Below, one piece after another: positions 1 to 11,990 of a stretch of DNA of 64,000 bases. The DNA is taken from positions 186,001 to 250,000 of the forward strand of contig NW_027270997.1 in the NCBI RefSeq assembly GCF_040938485.1, in the 5' to 3' direction. A program made the position numbers and the translations under genes. This DNA comes from Diadema antillarum. Taxonomy: Eukaryota. Within the stretch, counting starts at the first letter, position 1, and every line of letters starts with the position of its first letter. A model generated the notes under the pieces. The model was not told the origin of the DNA, did not search any database, and saw nothing but the letters and a program-made list of their open reading frames with translations.

Positions 1-2387
1 ATCTTGCTGGAATGGCAATTGTCATGGCGACGACAAGAGTCCAACTTCCTGATTGGCTGTTGCTATGGGAAGTTGCCATTCCAGCAAGAGTTGCTATCCT
101 AACATCTTTTATGAAATGGGGCCCTGTAGGAGTAGATCGTGAATCCAAAATGATCTGGACCCTCACCTCGGGAACAATTGATGTCACTACGCTGCTGGTG
201 CCGCAGACTTTCTGCGCTTGTACTTTCCACCTATTAGTTTTGTTGTTCAAAGTGCATGGCTGCCTTTGCTACATCAGGTAGTGAGCTATGTGAGAGTGAT
301 CATGTTATCATGATATCGTCCTGTCCTTGTTTATTGCATGGTATGAACAAATTCAATTTTGGTGAGTGGCAATAGACCGTTTGCTTGGGCCCCTCATGAA
401 ACCAAGTTCATCGTGCATCAAGGACATGGCATAAATATGTAAAATGTTGTGTCGTGAATTATAAATTACTTATTGTCGATGTTTTATATGCCTTCTCCAA
501 CTGCAATGGAAATGTATGGATAGTCGTTGCTCCAATAGAATGAATGTTGGTGAGCACGACAATCATCTCTGGTTTACAGTCGTCACCCAGGTGCATGAAT
601 AATGACTAGTGACAGGCCATTCAGAGTTAGTAATTTTACCAGAACTGCCATTAACGACACAGAACGAAAGAGACGAGTATTGTTCTGTCACTCAGCAGTC
701 AGGGACAAACACAAACAAACAAGTAAGATGGCGGGGAGTGTATAGCATCACCTGTATTCTGCTAAACATAATGGAAACGCGATTCTCTATTCAAGTTGAA
801 TCTAATGAGAAGAGTAAAGCGAAAACAAATTAATAGAAATTAATAAGACATGAATTTTGAAAAGTCAGTTATTCATTTACTAGTTTTTAAAATTAATTTA
901 TTCATGTATTTTCCGCATTTTTTTTTTTGCAAAAACAAAATGATATTGCTGACGTCACCACTACACAGGCAGTGAACGATAATGTATAAACAAACTAAAT
1001 AAATGCCATCCCTTATCTACCCTCCAGTTGGCTGGTACCTGAAAATATAACAACAATTTGAAGTGAAAAGTTTCCATTTTTGTAATTTCTGACTTCAGGC
1101 TCGAAAAAGAAAAGAGAAGATTTAGTGAAAATTAATGTGCAATGGAATGGACTCTGGAGAAGGGATGACATCATCACCTAATTATACCTCTGCATGTCAT
1201 GTGACTGCAGCAGCTATCACGCTGAGAGGAAAAAAGGCATTGCATTATGCGCGCTTGTGTGTGTAAGGGGAGGGGTACTATGAGCACTGTGTACATGGTT
1301 GTGTAGAAAGGTACGTGTACATCCTTTATTGATTTTTGTGAGATTTTCGTTGTTCAATTCAATTGAATTTTCCTCCACTTATGAAAACGGAGCAAATTGA
1401 TGATCTAACCCCTCACCAATTCTTTACATTTTTACAGCACCTTCCTAGCATTCAAAATATCATATACAACTTACAATAGAATACGGAGGTAATGAACTGA
1501 AAATGCTAAAACAACATGTCTTTTACGTAGACATGAACACATGAAATGAATAATGGTTGGAGACTATTTCAGAGATAGAATAAACTTCATTTTCGAAGAC
1601 TGAATGAAGAAGATAATATAAACATTGGCATCTATATACAGAAGATGATATACGTACCATATACAAGCATATAAAATATATTGTTAAATGAATCATGGTT
1701 ATAATTGTCACATGGATAGCATGAGAATAAACTTAGCTGAACACACACTGAAAAAATAGGGTTCCTTTTGTAAATTATGCATGAATAACAGAATTATTAT
1801 TCTAATAACATCATAGAGTCTAATAGAAAAAAAAATATGTGGAAGGATTGCGAGACAGCACCGTATCACACACATTTCGATATAAAATATTAGTTCTATT
1901 GAGCCATGAGGCCATACCCACGAATGACACTCACACAAAATCATGATAGTATTCAACATTCTTAATCAGTATTCTAATCTTTGAAAGAATTCTATTTCGA
2001 AGAATTCAATTGACGTAGCTGTGCAAGTTTTGAAGCGTCTGACTTTACTATCGTGAGGCAATGTACAACCACGTTGTGCACTGGAGGTTGAGGGAATTAT
2101 TTAGTCTCCTCATCTTCGTTCTGTTTGTATCATCTCGGACAAACCCGATAGAGTTCTTGTCTGGTTCCCATACGTACTTCAATCTCTTATAACATTTACA
2201 CCACACTTGTGTAAGCGGGAAAATAAATAGATAATATGAGTATAAGGTCCAAACAACAACCCCCGCCCCCATCCCAAAAAAAAAAAAATAAAAAAAAATC
2301 ACCAAACAACAACAATGACATCATTGACACTGAAACACTGATACAACGTGGTCTTCTTCGATTTCTGATCCGAAGCCTTAGTTGAGG

Positions 2388-2617
2388 TCATCGTTGCCTG
2401 ACGGGCTCCTGATCGCCTTCCCCGATGATCACGGCTATGTCTCTTTTCTCAGCACGCAGTTCGTACGGAAACGGAGAGCGACTCAGGCCGAAATGCGAGT
2501 TCAGACTGACCGAGTCAGGACCGTTGGGGGCGCTAAAGTTGAATTGATGCAACAGGTGTGTGAAGAAGATGAACCGTTCGCTTTGGGCGAGCTGCTCCCC
2601 GACACACGCACGTCGTC
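2388..2617 (-). CDS. CYP exon 5 (heme cysteine, stop)
   Basis: GRRACVGEQLAQSERFIFFTHLLHQF...; TGA at 2390-2388. Confidence 0.93.
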
Positions 2618-5600
2618 CTGGTGAGAGCAGAGACGAAAGAAAGGATGATACGCGATAATAATCGTGCATATCACTTCTACAGCTTCTTCTTTAACTGCTG
2701 CTGCTCCTCATTTTACCACTTCTTGGGACCATTGCTACTACTACGATGACAATTACAATCTTTGCAACATCACTGTCGTAGCTTCGTCTGTTAGTTCTAC
2801 CATTAGTACTGATGCTACTTGATCGATTCTTCCTTGTTCTACCAGAGAATTTTCTGTTGCTGTATTCATACATTCTAAACACAGAAAATATAGATTAAAA
2901 GAAAAGATATTTCTCAAGACAATCATACATAAACATTACATTTGATAACAAACAAACAAAACAAAGCATCTTATCAATAAAAGAAAGCACAAAACCAATA
3001 ATAAGAAAAAAAAAACAAGAAAATAACTCACCAACGCCAAACTGACTGTGTGTTCTGTCCACCAAGCTCTTGATAATGTATCCATCTTCATCTAGAAACC
3101 GACACGGGTCAAAGGTGTCGGGGTTGGGAAAGACTTCCGGGTCATACAAGATGGCGTAGTGATTGGCGACCATAACAGTGCCCTTTGGTACGTCGTACCC
3201 TCGGAAAGTAGTATCGGTCACGGCTCCGTGTGGAACGCCTGAACCCAGAGAGAATATACAACGAGAAAACTCAAGGCTGTGACCGTTTAGAGTTAGGTAA
3301 TCAACGTTGGCCACTCATAATCATGCAGTTTGGTTGTTTCAAAGGGACAATAACCTAGGATGCCTTCGAGCAGGGAAGTCGAGACGACTCTCCCCACACA
3401 GTTGATACAGGCTATGGCCAGGGAGGTGGGGCACCTCCCTGATGCTATGGCAGAATTGGGTCCGGCCAGCAATGGCTCATATTAGTTAGGTCTTCTTTTT
3501 CTTTTTTTTTAAATATTTTGTTCTCATTTCTTCTCCTCTTCTGTTCTTTTCTTTTTCCTTGTTTAACTCCCATTTTCATCTGTTTCGCTCATCCTCGTAT
3601 TAAAGTATAATCAACGGCTCGCCATCATTACTGTCGTTTTTATATCACCACTGTAATTTTCCTTCGTGTGCTACCTTTTTTATCATCCGTTTCCTCTCTG
3701 TTTTATGTCCGTATACTTTCTGTTCTTAACTAATTTTCTCTTTACCGCATCGACGAGATAAACTGTACACAATTTCTCCCGTTGGATGCCCCATATTTCA
3801 TCAATCAATATCTTTTTCTTGTTGTTGTTGATATCATTATTATAATTATTATTATTATTGTTACCATTATCATCATTAGGGCCTATTACCACTATCACCA
3901 TTAGGGCCTATTATCATTAGTCTCAAATCACCTGTCACTAATGTACACTTTAAGTTGTATTCACATGCAGCTCTTCAAGAAAGCCGAGGCTTACCGAAAG
4001 GACCTCCGGCGGCAAATCGGAGAGTCTCGGCCAGAAAGGCGTTGACGAAAGGTAACGACGACCGGTCGGACTGGCGAGGCAGTCGATGACGACCAACGAC
4101 CCTGTCCAGTTCCTCCTGGACTCGTAGCTGATACTGCACGATTTAAGACAACAACAACAACAAAGAGAAAAGCATTACTTAGAGGACAAGTCCTCGTTTG
4201 CAAAAAAGGGATTTCTTGTTGGAGTCTGCGACCTCAACAAAAGGTACCACATCCCCCCTCACACACACAGTAACTTACATGGCTCCTGCTTGCTTTCGTC
4301 ACATTGTATTGTAGTGACTTTTATGGTTCTACTCTGATCAGCTTTGTGTACATCATTGCATGTATCAGGGCATGTACGGATGACTCAAATTAACATGGAT
4401 TCCGTAAGTATGGTGTATCATTGCGGTTTGATACACCGTTACTTTTCTATCTGTGTTTACGTTATCCATAGTAACTCTTGGCTATTTTCCAAGAGTCCAG
4501 ACTAATCAGTCTTATTTACACTTACAGTCTCGGGAAGAATGTAGCAAATATATTTGTGTACATTTCCCGTTCTTATCGCTATTCGGTGTGAACAAGAGAT
4601 TAACGGTTCTTGGGCATCCCGATGGTGTCCACTTTGTTACCCCTCCCATACCCCGCCCGAGAAGGATATCTTATTGGGATTCGGGCAAATACGTCACGAA
4701 AGATAACACAATCGATTAGCCTAATTCGCGGTTTTAAATATAGAAACGATCCCAGAAATAGACCAAAGACTGGCTAAAAATATGGTCAGAATGCTTAAAT
4801 ATAGCAAACGAAGATAGCAGACCAGTGGTGATATCTGGCGGCACCCCACCCACGCGAGCAACTCGTTTGATGGCAGTTTGAGATAAAGAACTTATTCAGG
4901 TTAATCGCTGTCTCTGATGAAGTCACAAAGATAATTGTTCCGTGTTTTTTTATTTATTTTGTTTTTTCCTTTTTTTGTGCATGGATATAGACAAGTGGTT
5001 GTTTTTCCTCTTTGTCTTTAAGCGTATTTAGAAAACGTGGGTGCAGCGTGATGAGTGATGTCAATTGAACATAATATGTAACTCATACGTAATCTAAAAA
5101 TCGGGAATTACCGGGAAATTCATCAGTAACGGGCAAGAATTACATGACACTGAGATTATCACTTAGTCTTGGCAAGAGCAAAGAGATTCTTTCCCCTGAC
5201 ACAGATCTGCATCATACGATTTGAATCCAGTAATGATTGAGATACGTTGAAACACATGTCATGCATTAATCGTCTGCGTTATTCGCCATTCTTTCATCTG
5301 TTTATCTATTTTTGTAGTCCCTGCCTGGAGAGTAATCGTCAGTAACATAATTGGCATATTAATCAATTTCATAACGCAAAAGTATCTGACCAATTGTAAT
5401 GACCTTGTTGTATTACAGACTTACTATTTATGATGATGACAATGATGCCATGATGATTATAACTTTTCATCACCAGAAACATCAGTTTTGATGCCATTAT
5501 TACTTCTTGTATGATAGGCCTACTTGTAACACTAAGTAATGTACGCAGCAATGTGTTTGTATTTTTTTACTCAACGATGTATTGTGTTTTTTCATGTATT

Positions 5601-7613
5601 TGTTTTGAATATGGAATCAATAAAAGATTATGGAAAAAAAAGAAATAGTTGTAGCAGCTAGTGATAGTAATAGATAACAGTTGCAGCAAAAGAAAAGAAA
5701 ATACAGTTAATTCCGCAATGCTTTTACATAATGTAATAATTCCTAACATCGATTAATGAAAATCGTCACTCCACCCTACCTTCGGGTATTTGATGGTAAG
5801 TATCATCAGCCAATACATGCTACACGCCGTCGTGTCCGTGCCGGCGGCGAAGATGTCCCCGATCAGCGAGGGCAGGTACTCCTCCTTGAAACCCGTCACT
5901 ACTTTCTCACCAGCTCTCACTTTCTCCTCGTTTTCCCGCGTTTCTTTCAGGAAGAAATCTATCATATCGCGACAGTCGTCTGGGTTGAACACTTTCTTGT
6001 GCGCGTCTCTCTCGTGCGCGAACAATCCGCGCTCCAGTGTGCGCGCAAGGTCGTCCAATTTGTGACAGGCGCTAAAAGGCACGTACTTCATGAACCAGAA
6101 GTAGTTCGTGGCGCCGGCAACGTCGGCGTGCTCGAATACCCGCTCCAGGGCGTTGATGAACTGCTCGAACTTGCAGTCGTCGTAATCGAAGCGCTTGCCG
6201 AATGTGAGGCTGCAGATGATGTTGGACACAGCCTTGGTCATCAGAAGTTTGGGGTCAAAGTTCTCTCCGCTGGTGGCCGCAACAGCATCGGCGAGGATGG
6301 AGGCCTCGGTGAGGATGCGATTCTCCAAACTGTTTCCCGCTCGCCCCATTCCCTGATTTCGAAGCAGCTTGAGCAGAAAGCGACGCTGCTCCTTCCATTG
6401 GTTGTCATAGTGACAGCAGGCAACTCCTGAAGAATGCAAGATAGAAACGCATCGTGTGATTCGACCAACAATTATTAATTCCTTGCACTTTCAGCGTCAT
6501 TCAGTGAGAGCAAATTAATTTTTGCACCGCAAAGTGAGCAATAACAAACAAACCCAGACCAAAAAGCACATCAGAATATAGAACATATCGTTGGTAACAT
6601 TCCATTGATGGACAGATAGGGAGAAGACCTATCTTTGCGATGCTCTACTGATTTTGGGGGGATTCCGTGAAATGCAATGTTTAGGATGACTGACGCACGT
6701 GACATTTCTATCCAAAGAATACGTCGGTATGATAATTGGTTGATACTAGGAGAGAACAAAGAAAGAATGAGAGGCAGAAGAAGAATAAGAAAAGTCAAAA
6801 GGGAAGCATAAACGCAGACGAACAAAGAATTAAAACTAAGCTTGTACCGTGTATCACCCAAAAGTGTTTACGAGGTTGCATAGTACCCATTAAATGTATT
6901 CTGTGGTCAGTGCTTTTTGAGTAAGCTCAAGTAATTTACCTCTAACACTTTACTTGAGGAGTAATGGGATGACACAAGTGAGAATGAAACTCCCATTTAT
7001 TTTAAACAAAACATAAAGTATAGCTCGTCATTACGCGGCAAAGACAAAATAAAGAGAATGATTTGTGGAAATCATTCCACTTACTGATACCAAATCATAG
7101 ATAAAGACCACAATCGAAAATTCATTTCAGATAACGATCCCGGGCTCACTTACCTCGGCCTTGCCCGTATATTTCGAGTGACGTCAGCCGTGGTCGATCG
7201 CTGAATGCATCGCCGGACCTGGCGAAGGCCTCCTTCACGCTCTCGTAGTCATTCAGGAAGATGGCGTGGAAACTGCCCAGCTTACCGTAGAAGACGGGTC
7301 CGTACTTTTTGGACAACTCCAGCGCCGACTTGCCCGGGTTCTCAGACCCCAACAGCGGCAGGATACCAAGGAAGGGATAGTTGGTCGGCCCTGGTGGAAG
7401 GCGACGACGTCTGCGGCCGTATCTCGACTTCGCGAGCCGTTGATACGAAGCAAATGCGGCGAGAACGATGCTGGCAGCAACGAGCACGACGGTGTTACGT
7501 CTGGCATGTCTGGCTCTCGATGTCAGATGGAGCAAGAAACGGAGCACGGACACGATACCGGCCGACCGGGCAAGACTAGGTTGACCGTGAGCGAGAACTT
7601 TCCCAACGTCCAT
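2388..7613 (-). CDS. Cytochrome P450, clan 2 (CYP2U1-like), about 560 aa; join(7613..7154, 6426..5780, 4133..3995, 3238..3032, 2617..2388)
   Basis: All four introns are GT-AG and phase-consistent (1,0,1,1), giving 1683 nt. Motifs: PPGP after the membrane anchor, C-helix WKEQRRF, I-helix AAGTDTT, K-helix ETLR, PCRF (PERF-type) and heme FGVGRRACVG. The ORF-track start at 7625 is GTG; the first ATG is at 7613. The AGTDTT motif, 5-exon layout and long N-terminus resemble CYP2U1 as recalled, but orthology is untested. Confidence 0.93.
3032..3238 (-). CDS. CYP exon 4
   Basis: GVPHGAVTDTTFRGYDVPKGT...FDPCRF...SQFGV; donor G|GTGAG. Confidence 0.93.
3995..4133 (-). CDS. CYP exon 3
   Basis: YQLRVQEELDRVVGRHRLPRQSDRSSLPFVNAFLAETLRFAAGGPF (ExxR motif); in a frame not shown by the ORF track; donor G|GTAAG. 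Confidence 0.92.
5780..6426 (-). CDS. CYP exon 2
   Basis: Acceptor TTCAG; GVACCHYDNQWKEQRRF...AAGTDTT...KYPK; donor AAG|GTAGGG. Confidence 0.93.
7154..7613 (-). CDS. CYP exon 1
   Basis: MDVGKV...LPPGPTNYPFLG...YGQGR; donor G|GTAAGT at 7153. Confidence 0.9.
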
Positions 7614-8758
7614 TTTGATATCCACTCACAGGACTTCTTAACACGAAGAAAAATATTTTTAATCGGATTCTATATACACATTAAAATATGTACCTCGAAA
7701 TCTTCACAGGCAGAAATAATTGACTTATAGTGTTGTTAGGAACCAAATGAGCTCGCGAAGAAATGAGGTCTTTTGAATGTAAGCCTCATTAAATACGAAT
7801 CGCACCAGCTCAAGTAAACTGAATACCACTCAAGTTTCTTGCCTTTTTTCCCCCTTCATATTTCTCAAGAACCCTCTTTTGATACTTGCATAAGGCTTAA
7901 AGCTAGGATGTATCACCGGTCCGCTCTTGACCGCTGATAGCAGGTTCCTACGTTTGCTTTGCGTGCCGTAACACATTGTTTGCTCTTCCGGTATAAAGAC
8001 GCATTCGTCCCTCTTCTGTCCTTTCCTGGTAAGATTACTATAAATCACGAGACACATGTAGGCCTATATAGAATCACGATGATTGGACGAGCTTTGAGAG
8101 GATTGCGCTTGTAATGCATCGATCATCTCATCATGACGCAACAAGTTGTTGTTTAATGTCATTCCTGCTCCTGTTAAATTTCAGGACATGGATAGAAAAG
8201 GGGAGAAGAAGAAGATGAAGGAGAAGTTTATTAAAGAGAAAAGAAAGACGAGGAGGAGGCGGAAAATGAAGAGGAAAGAAGAAGAAAGAAGAAGACCAGG
8301 AGGAGAAGGAGGACGAGGAGTTGTAATCCCCGATTCCAAGCTTACTGGTCATGCCGACAATAAAAGTTTTCAACGATGAAATCTAGACTTTTGCCAACCC
8401 TATTAAATCTCAAATAACAGACAAAACATTTCCGATATCAGGACTGTCTCTATGTGGTCTCTGACTGTGGAAAATGATGACGGTATACTTGCGCAGAATG
8501 GTTGTCACTGGGCATGTGTTTGCGAAGATCAAAGACTGTTCTTCATAATTATAGATTATACAGTACACGGACCTGTTAAAGAACCGTTTTCACCCGATAT
8601 CAAAAGAAACATTCATACTGAGTACATAAAATTTATTACAGTCAACTCCGATATCACAAAGATTGAAAACAACCACAGCCAATTTTGTCTCTTGTGCATA
8701 TTCAACATTATTTCTCGAAACTGAGCGGGACTGTTGGTAACCCCGTTCTGTGGCTTTG

Positions 8759-8924
8759 TTAAAGACCATCTCACACTATAAAGTTATCACTTTCGGTCGC
8801 ACGACTGACGTACTTTGGATCCGATATAAATCACGACAGCTTCGGAATAAACATGCTTGTTTATTTCAGATCCTCAGTCGCTTAGTCGTGCGACCGTAAG
8901 TCTCAGAGTGTGCGGTGGCCTTAA
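8759..8924. mobile_element. Small MITE with TAA/TTAA flanks (PIF/Harbinger- or Kolobok-like)
   Basis: Imperfect TIRs agaccatctcacact / agtgtgcggtggcct, internal inverted repeat ggtcgcacgact / agtcgtgcgacc, and TTAA on both sides. Confidence 0.55.
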
Positions 8925-9318
8925 AGGGATAATATAGTTTTGGTTGAGACCTAATTTCAGGTTTCTAACATTGTTTTTTTTTTTTTTGGTGAGATAATGA
9001 TAAACCTCTCATGAAATATGAAAGAGCATGTAATATGAGGAATTCAACGTTTATTTGATGAAAATTGGCTTTGAAATATCAAAAAAAAAAAGAGCAATTC
9101 TGATAAAGTGTGGGACCCACACTTTATTACGATCGGCTTGTTTTACTTTGGGTTTGGATGTTTCAGTCATTCCAAACCCGATATTCATCAAATAAACTTT
9201 GAATTTCTTTAAAAATGGTATGTTCTGTGCTATTATCATAAAGTTTTTTTTTCTCGGTATCTCGTCAAAAGTTAAAAGCCCAATTCTCATCTCCACCAAT
9301 AATGTACCATCCCTTTAA
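8921..9318. mobile_element. TTAA-target MITE (Kolobok-like, AGGGA termini), family K1
   Basis: TTAA|AGGGAT...ATCCCT|TTAA with long imperfect inverted arms and a central near-palindrome aaagtgtgggacccacacttt; related copies at 46908 and 51216. Confidence 0.75.
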
Positions 9319-9936
9319 TTATATTTTGCATCTTCTTTTAAGAGTGAATTTTGTTGATATTCATCACTGAGGACATAATGACGAACTATACGACCAACAG
9401 ATTGTCACTGTCCACATGTCACTGTTACATACAGTGGAATATTCAGAATCAACTTTGCAGGCAGTATGTGTAGTGTTGTCGGGCAATCCTCGAGCAAGCA
9501 TCCTTGTTGTTACTAGGAACCCCCTTTGCTGTATTAACGATATTCAAAATGACCTTCAAAAAGGTGATTGAACAGGTTTATTGACGAGAAATAATATATT
9601 GACGCCCTTCATCAGTTAATTGGCCCTGAACTAATCTGACAAGGTCAATCTAAATGTGGAACTTTGTGTTCACAGCAGCTATATCACGTACATAGGTGAA
9701 TATAAACAGGATCTGGTCTGATAAGAGATATGGGCAAATGATGGAATAGGAACTTATAAAAGATGCACCTACTTCCGGATGTGACGGAGATGCAAATCAT
9801 CTGTAGATAGCAGAGTGACTCTTGCGGTCAGTTCCGGTCATAATGGTGATGATAATGACAATCGATAAAAACTTTTGTCATTACGCTTGGTAAAATCACT
9901 TACAGGTACTTGCCAGTTTTGACAGGTTGGATTTAT

Positions 9937-10187
9937 TACTCTCTAAAAAAAAATCGAGTGAAAATTTTCACTCTAAAAAGAGTAAATAAAAAAAAGAGTG
10001 AATTTTGAGTGAAAATGCTCATTTTCACTCATTTTGGAGAGACGTCAGGGATCACTCGAAGATTTTGGAGTGATCCCTGACGTCACTCCAAAATGAGTGA
10101 AAATGAACATTTTCGCTCAAAATTCACTCTTTTTTGTATTCACTCTTTTAAGAGTGAATATTTTCACTCGATTTTTTTTAGAGAGTA
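9937..10187. mobile_element. Fold-back MITE with TA flanks (Tc1/mariner-type target), family P1
   Basis: Almost the entire 250 bp is one inverted repeat rich in GAGTG/CACTC; TA|CTCTCT...AGAGAG|TA; second copy at 39918. Confidence 0.8.
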
Positions 10188-10488
10188 CCATAATGTAGGC
10201 CTAATTGTTTAAGGGCGTGTCTCGCTGGAGGAGACTTCGATGCGACTGATCAGGCGCCGTGACTCGTGCAACTCGAAAGACCATAAACTGACTTGTGCTC
10301 TCACCATTAAAGAAAGCGACTCCGGAAGTTGCGGACGTTAGAGAAGTCGGCGCGACGTCTCCAAGACGTCTTTGTCAGTCGAGGAGACGTCTTCACATCG
10401 TCTCCGGTAGGTTGCCGATTGATGATGAATCTGATCGTGATAGATACATCCACCGCTCGTACGATTAAATGCACACCAAGATACTATA

Positions 10489-10928
10489 CAGTATGTCCCC
10501 AAAAAAATTACAACGGGGCCCTTCGCAATGATATCTTTAAAAATAGTGAATCAATCTAAATACAAATTCAGGGTATGAAACTATAACTCATTGCCCACAT
10601 CTTACAGAAAACCCCATTTGATTTGCTTCAGTGGTCAAAGAGAAATACGGAATTTTGTAGAGGATGTCGGGAATCTCTTCTGTCCAAGTTCTGTCTATTA
10701 TTCAGACACAAGATCATCGAAGTGCTAAACTCGGAAAAATCCGATTCATGACATGCTTTACAACAATCCACATTTCTCTGTGACCGCTTGACCAAATCGA
10801 ATGGGGATTTCTGCAAAATAAAGCTAAAATGTTATATTTTAATGCCCTGAAGTAGCATTTAGAAAATGTAATCATATAGGGCGTTGTCAATGCAAAAATC
10901 TGATTGTAATTATTTTGGGGACATACTG
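10489..10928 (+). mobile_element. Tc1/mariner-type MITE, copy A (440 bp)
   Basis: TA|CAGTATGTCCCC...aattacaa and ttgtaatt...GGGGACATACTG TIRs. Confidence 0.8.
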
Positions 10929-11368
10929 CAGTAAGTCGCCCCAAAAATTACAATCAGATTTTCGAACTGATAACACCCAATATAATCAACCTGTCTAAGT
11001 GCTACTTCAGGGTCTTGAAATATGACATCTTAGCTCTATTTTGCAGAAAATCCCATTCAATTAGGTTAAGCGGTCACAGAGAAATGTTGATTGTTGTAAA
11101 GCATGTCATGAATCGGATTCTTCCGAGTTTAGCACTTCGATGATCTTGTGTGTGAATAATAGACAGAACTTGGACAGAAGCGATTCCCGACATCCTCTAC
11201 AAAATTCCGTATTTCTCTTTGACCACTGAAGCAAATCGAATGAGGTTTTCTGTAAGATGTGGGCAATGAGTTATAGTTTCATACCCTGAATTTGTATTTA
11301 GATTGATTCACTACTTTTAAAGATATCATTGCGGAGGGCCCCGTTGTAATTTTTTTTGGGACATACTG
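10929..11368 (-). mobile_element. Tc1/mariner-type MITE, copy B, inverted relative to A (440 bp)
   Basis: Reverse complement of copy A along its full length; ends GGGACATACTG. Confidence 0.8.
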
Positions 11369-11525
11369 CAGTGGACTCCCGTTATAACGAACACGGTTAA
11401 GAAATTCCGGTTACAACATTGTCTGTTCCATGTTTTTTAATTGCATATTTGTTCGGTTATAACGAAATTTCGATATAACGAAAGAAAACTGCCGGTCCCG
11501 ATATGACTATAACGGGAGTCTACTG
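11369..11525. mobile_element. Tc1/mariner/pogo-type MITE, family C (157 bp)
   Basis: TIRs CAGTGGACTCCCGTTATA / TATAACGGGAGTCTACTG; related copies at 46750 and 50245 carry TA on both sides. Confidence 0.75.
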
Positions 11526-11900
11526 AACAATGCAGGACACTAAACAATGAAGCAGAAAAAAAAAATCCGCTTCATTGTATCGAAATACATTGCACCGTTC
11601 ATTGCATATTGAAGTGTTGCCCTTGTTGTCCTATGCTCTCTCCTCCTGTTTTTGCCATGTAGTTTTTTTTTTTTGTCTTACGTTGTTTTGAAAGATCTAA
11701 TCCCCGTTGCATAAATTAAAAATGCGATGAAATCAAACATCACAAGAGATCAGATTATCAAACGCAAGATCTTAGTCAAGCATAAATCTCGTTGCATAAA
11801 CGGGGATTCGGATCAAACACAAAGTTTTGTTTGACGGTGAAGATTTGCGTTTGACTCCTTGAAATTGCGTTTAGACAACAGGGCTTTGCCATGTTCGGTC

Positions 11901-11955
11901 TGTGTGTGTGTGTGTGTGTGTGTCTCTCCTCTCTCTCTCTATTTCTCTCTGGTTT

Positions 11956-11990
<35 letters not shown>
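11901..11990. repeat. Compound microsatellite (TG)n-(TC)n-(GTT)n
   Basis: Read directly from the sequence. Confidence 0.95.

Noticed and set aside
4412-4437. 9-bp stem hairpin as a Helitron 3' end
   Set aside because: It is not followed by a CTRR terminus, and no 5' TC end was identified.
5756-6430. 224-aa plus-strand ORF, and similar ORFs at 7205-7730, 37522-37908 and 59048-59515
   Set aside because: Antisense shadows of GC-rich real exons.
7959-7965. TTGCGTG xenobiotic response element about 350 bp upstream of the CYP ATG
   Set aside because: A single 7-mer is expected by chance and there is no cluster.
8146-8379. K/R/E-rich ORF upstream of the CYP gene
   Set aside because: A low-complexity purine tract with no splice context.
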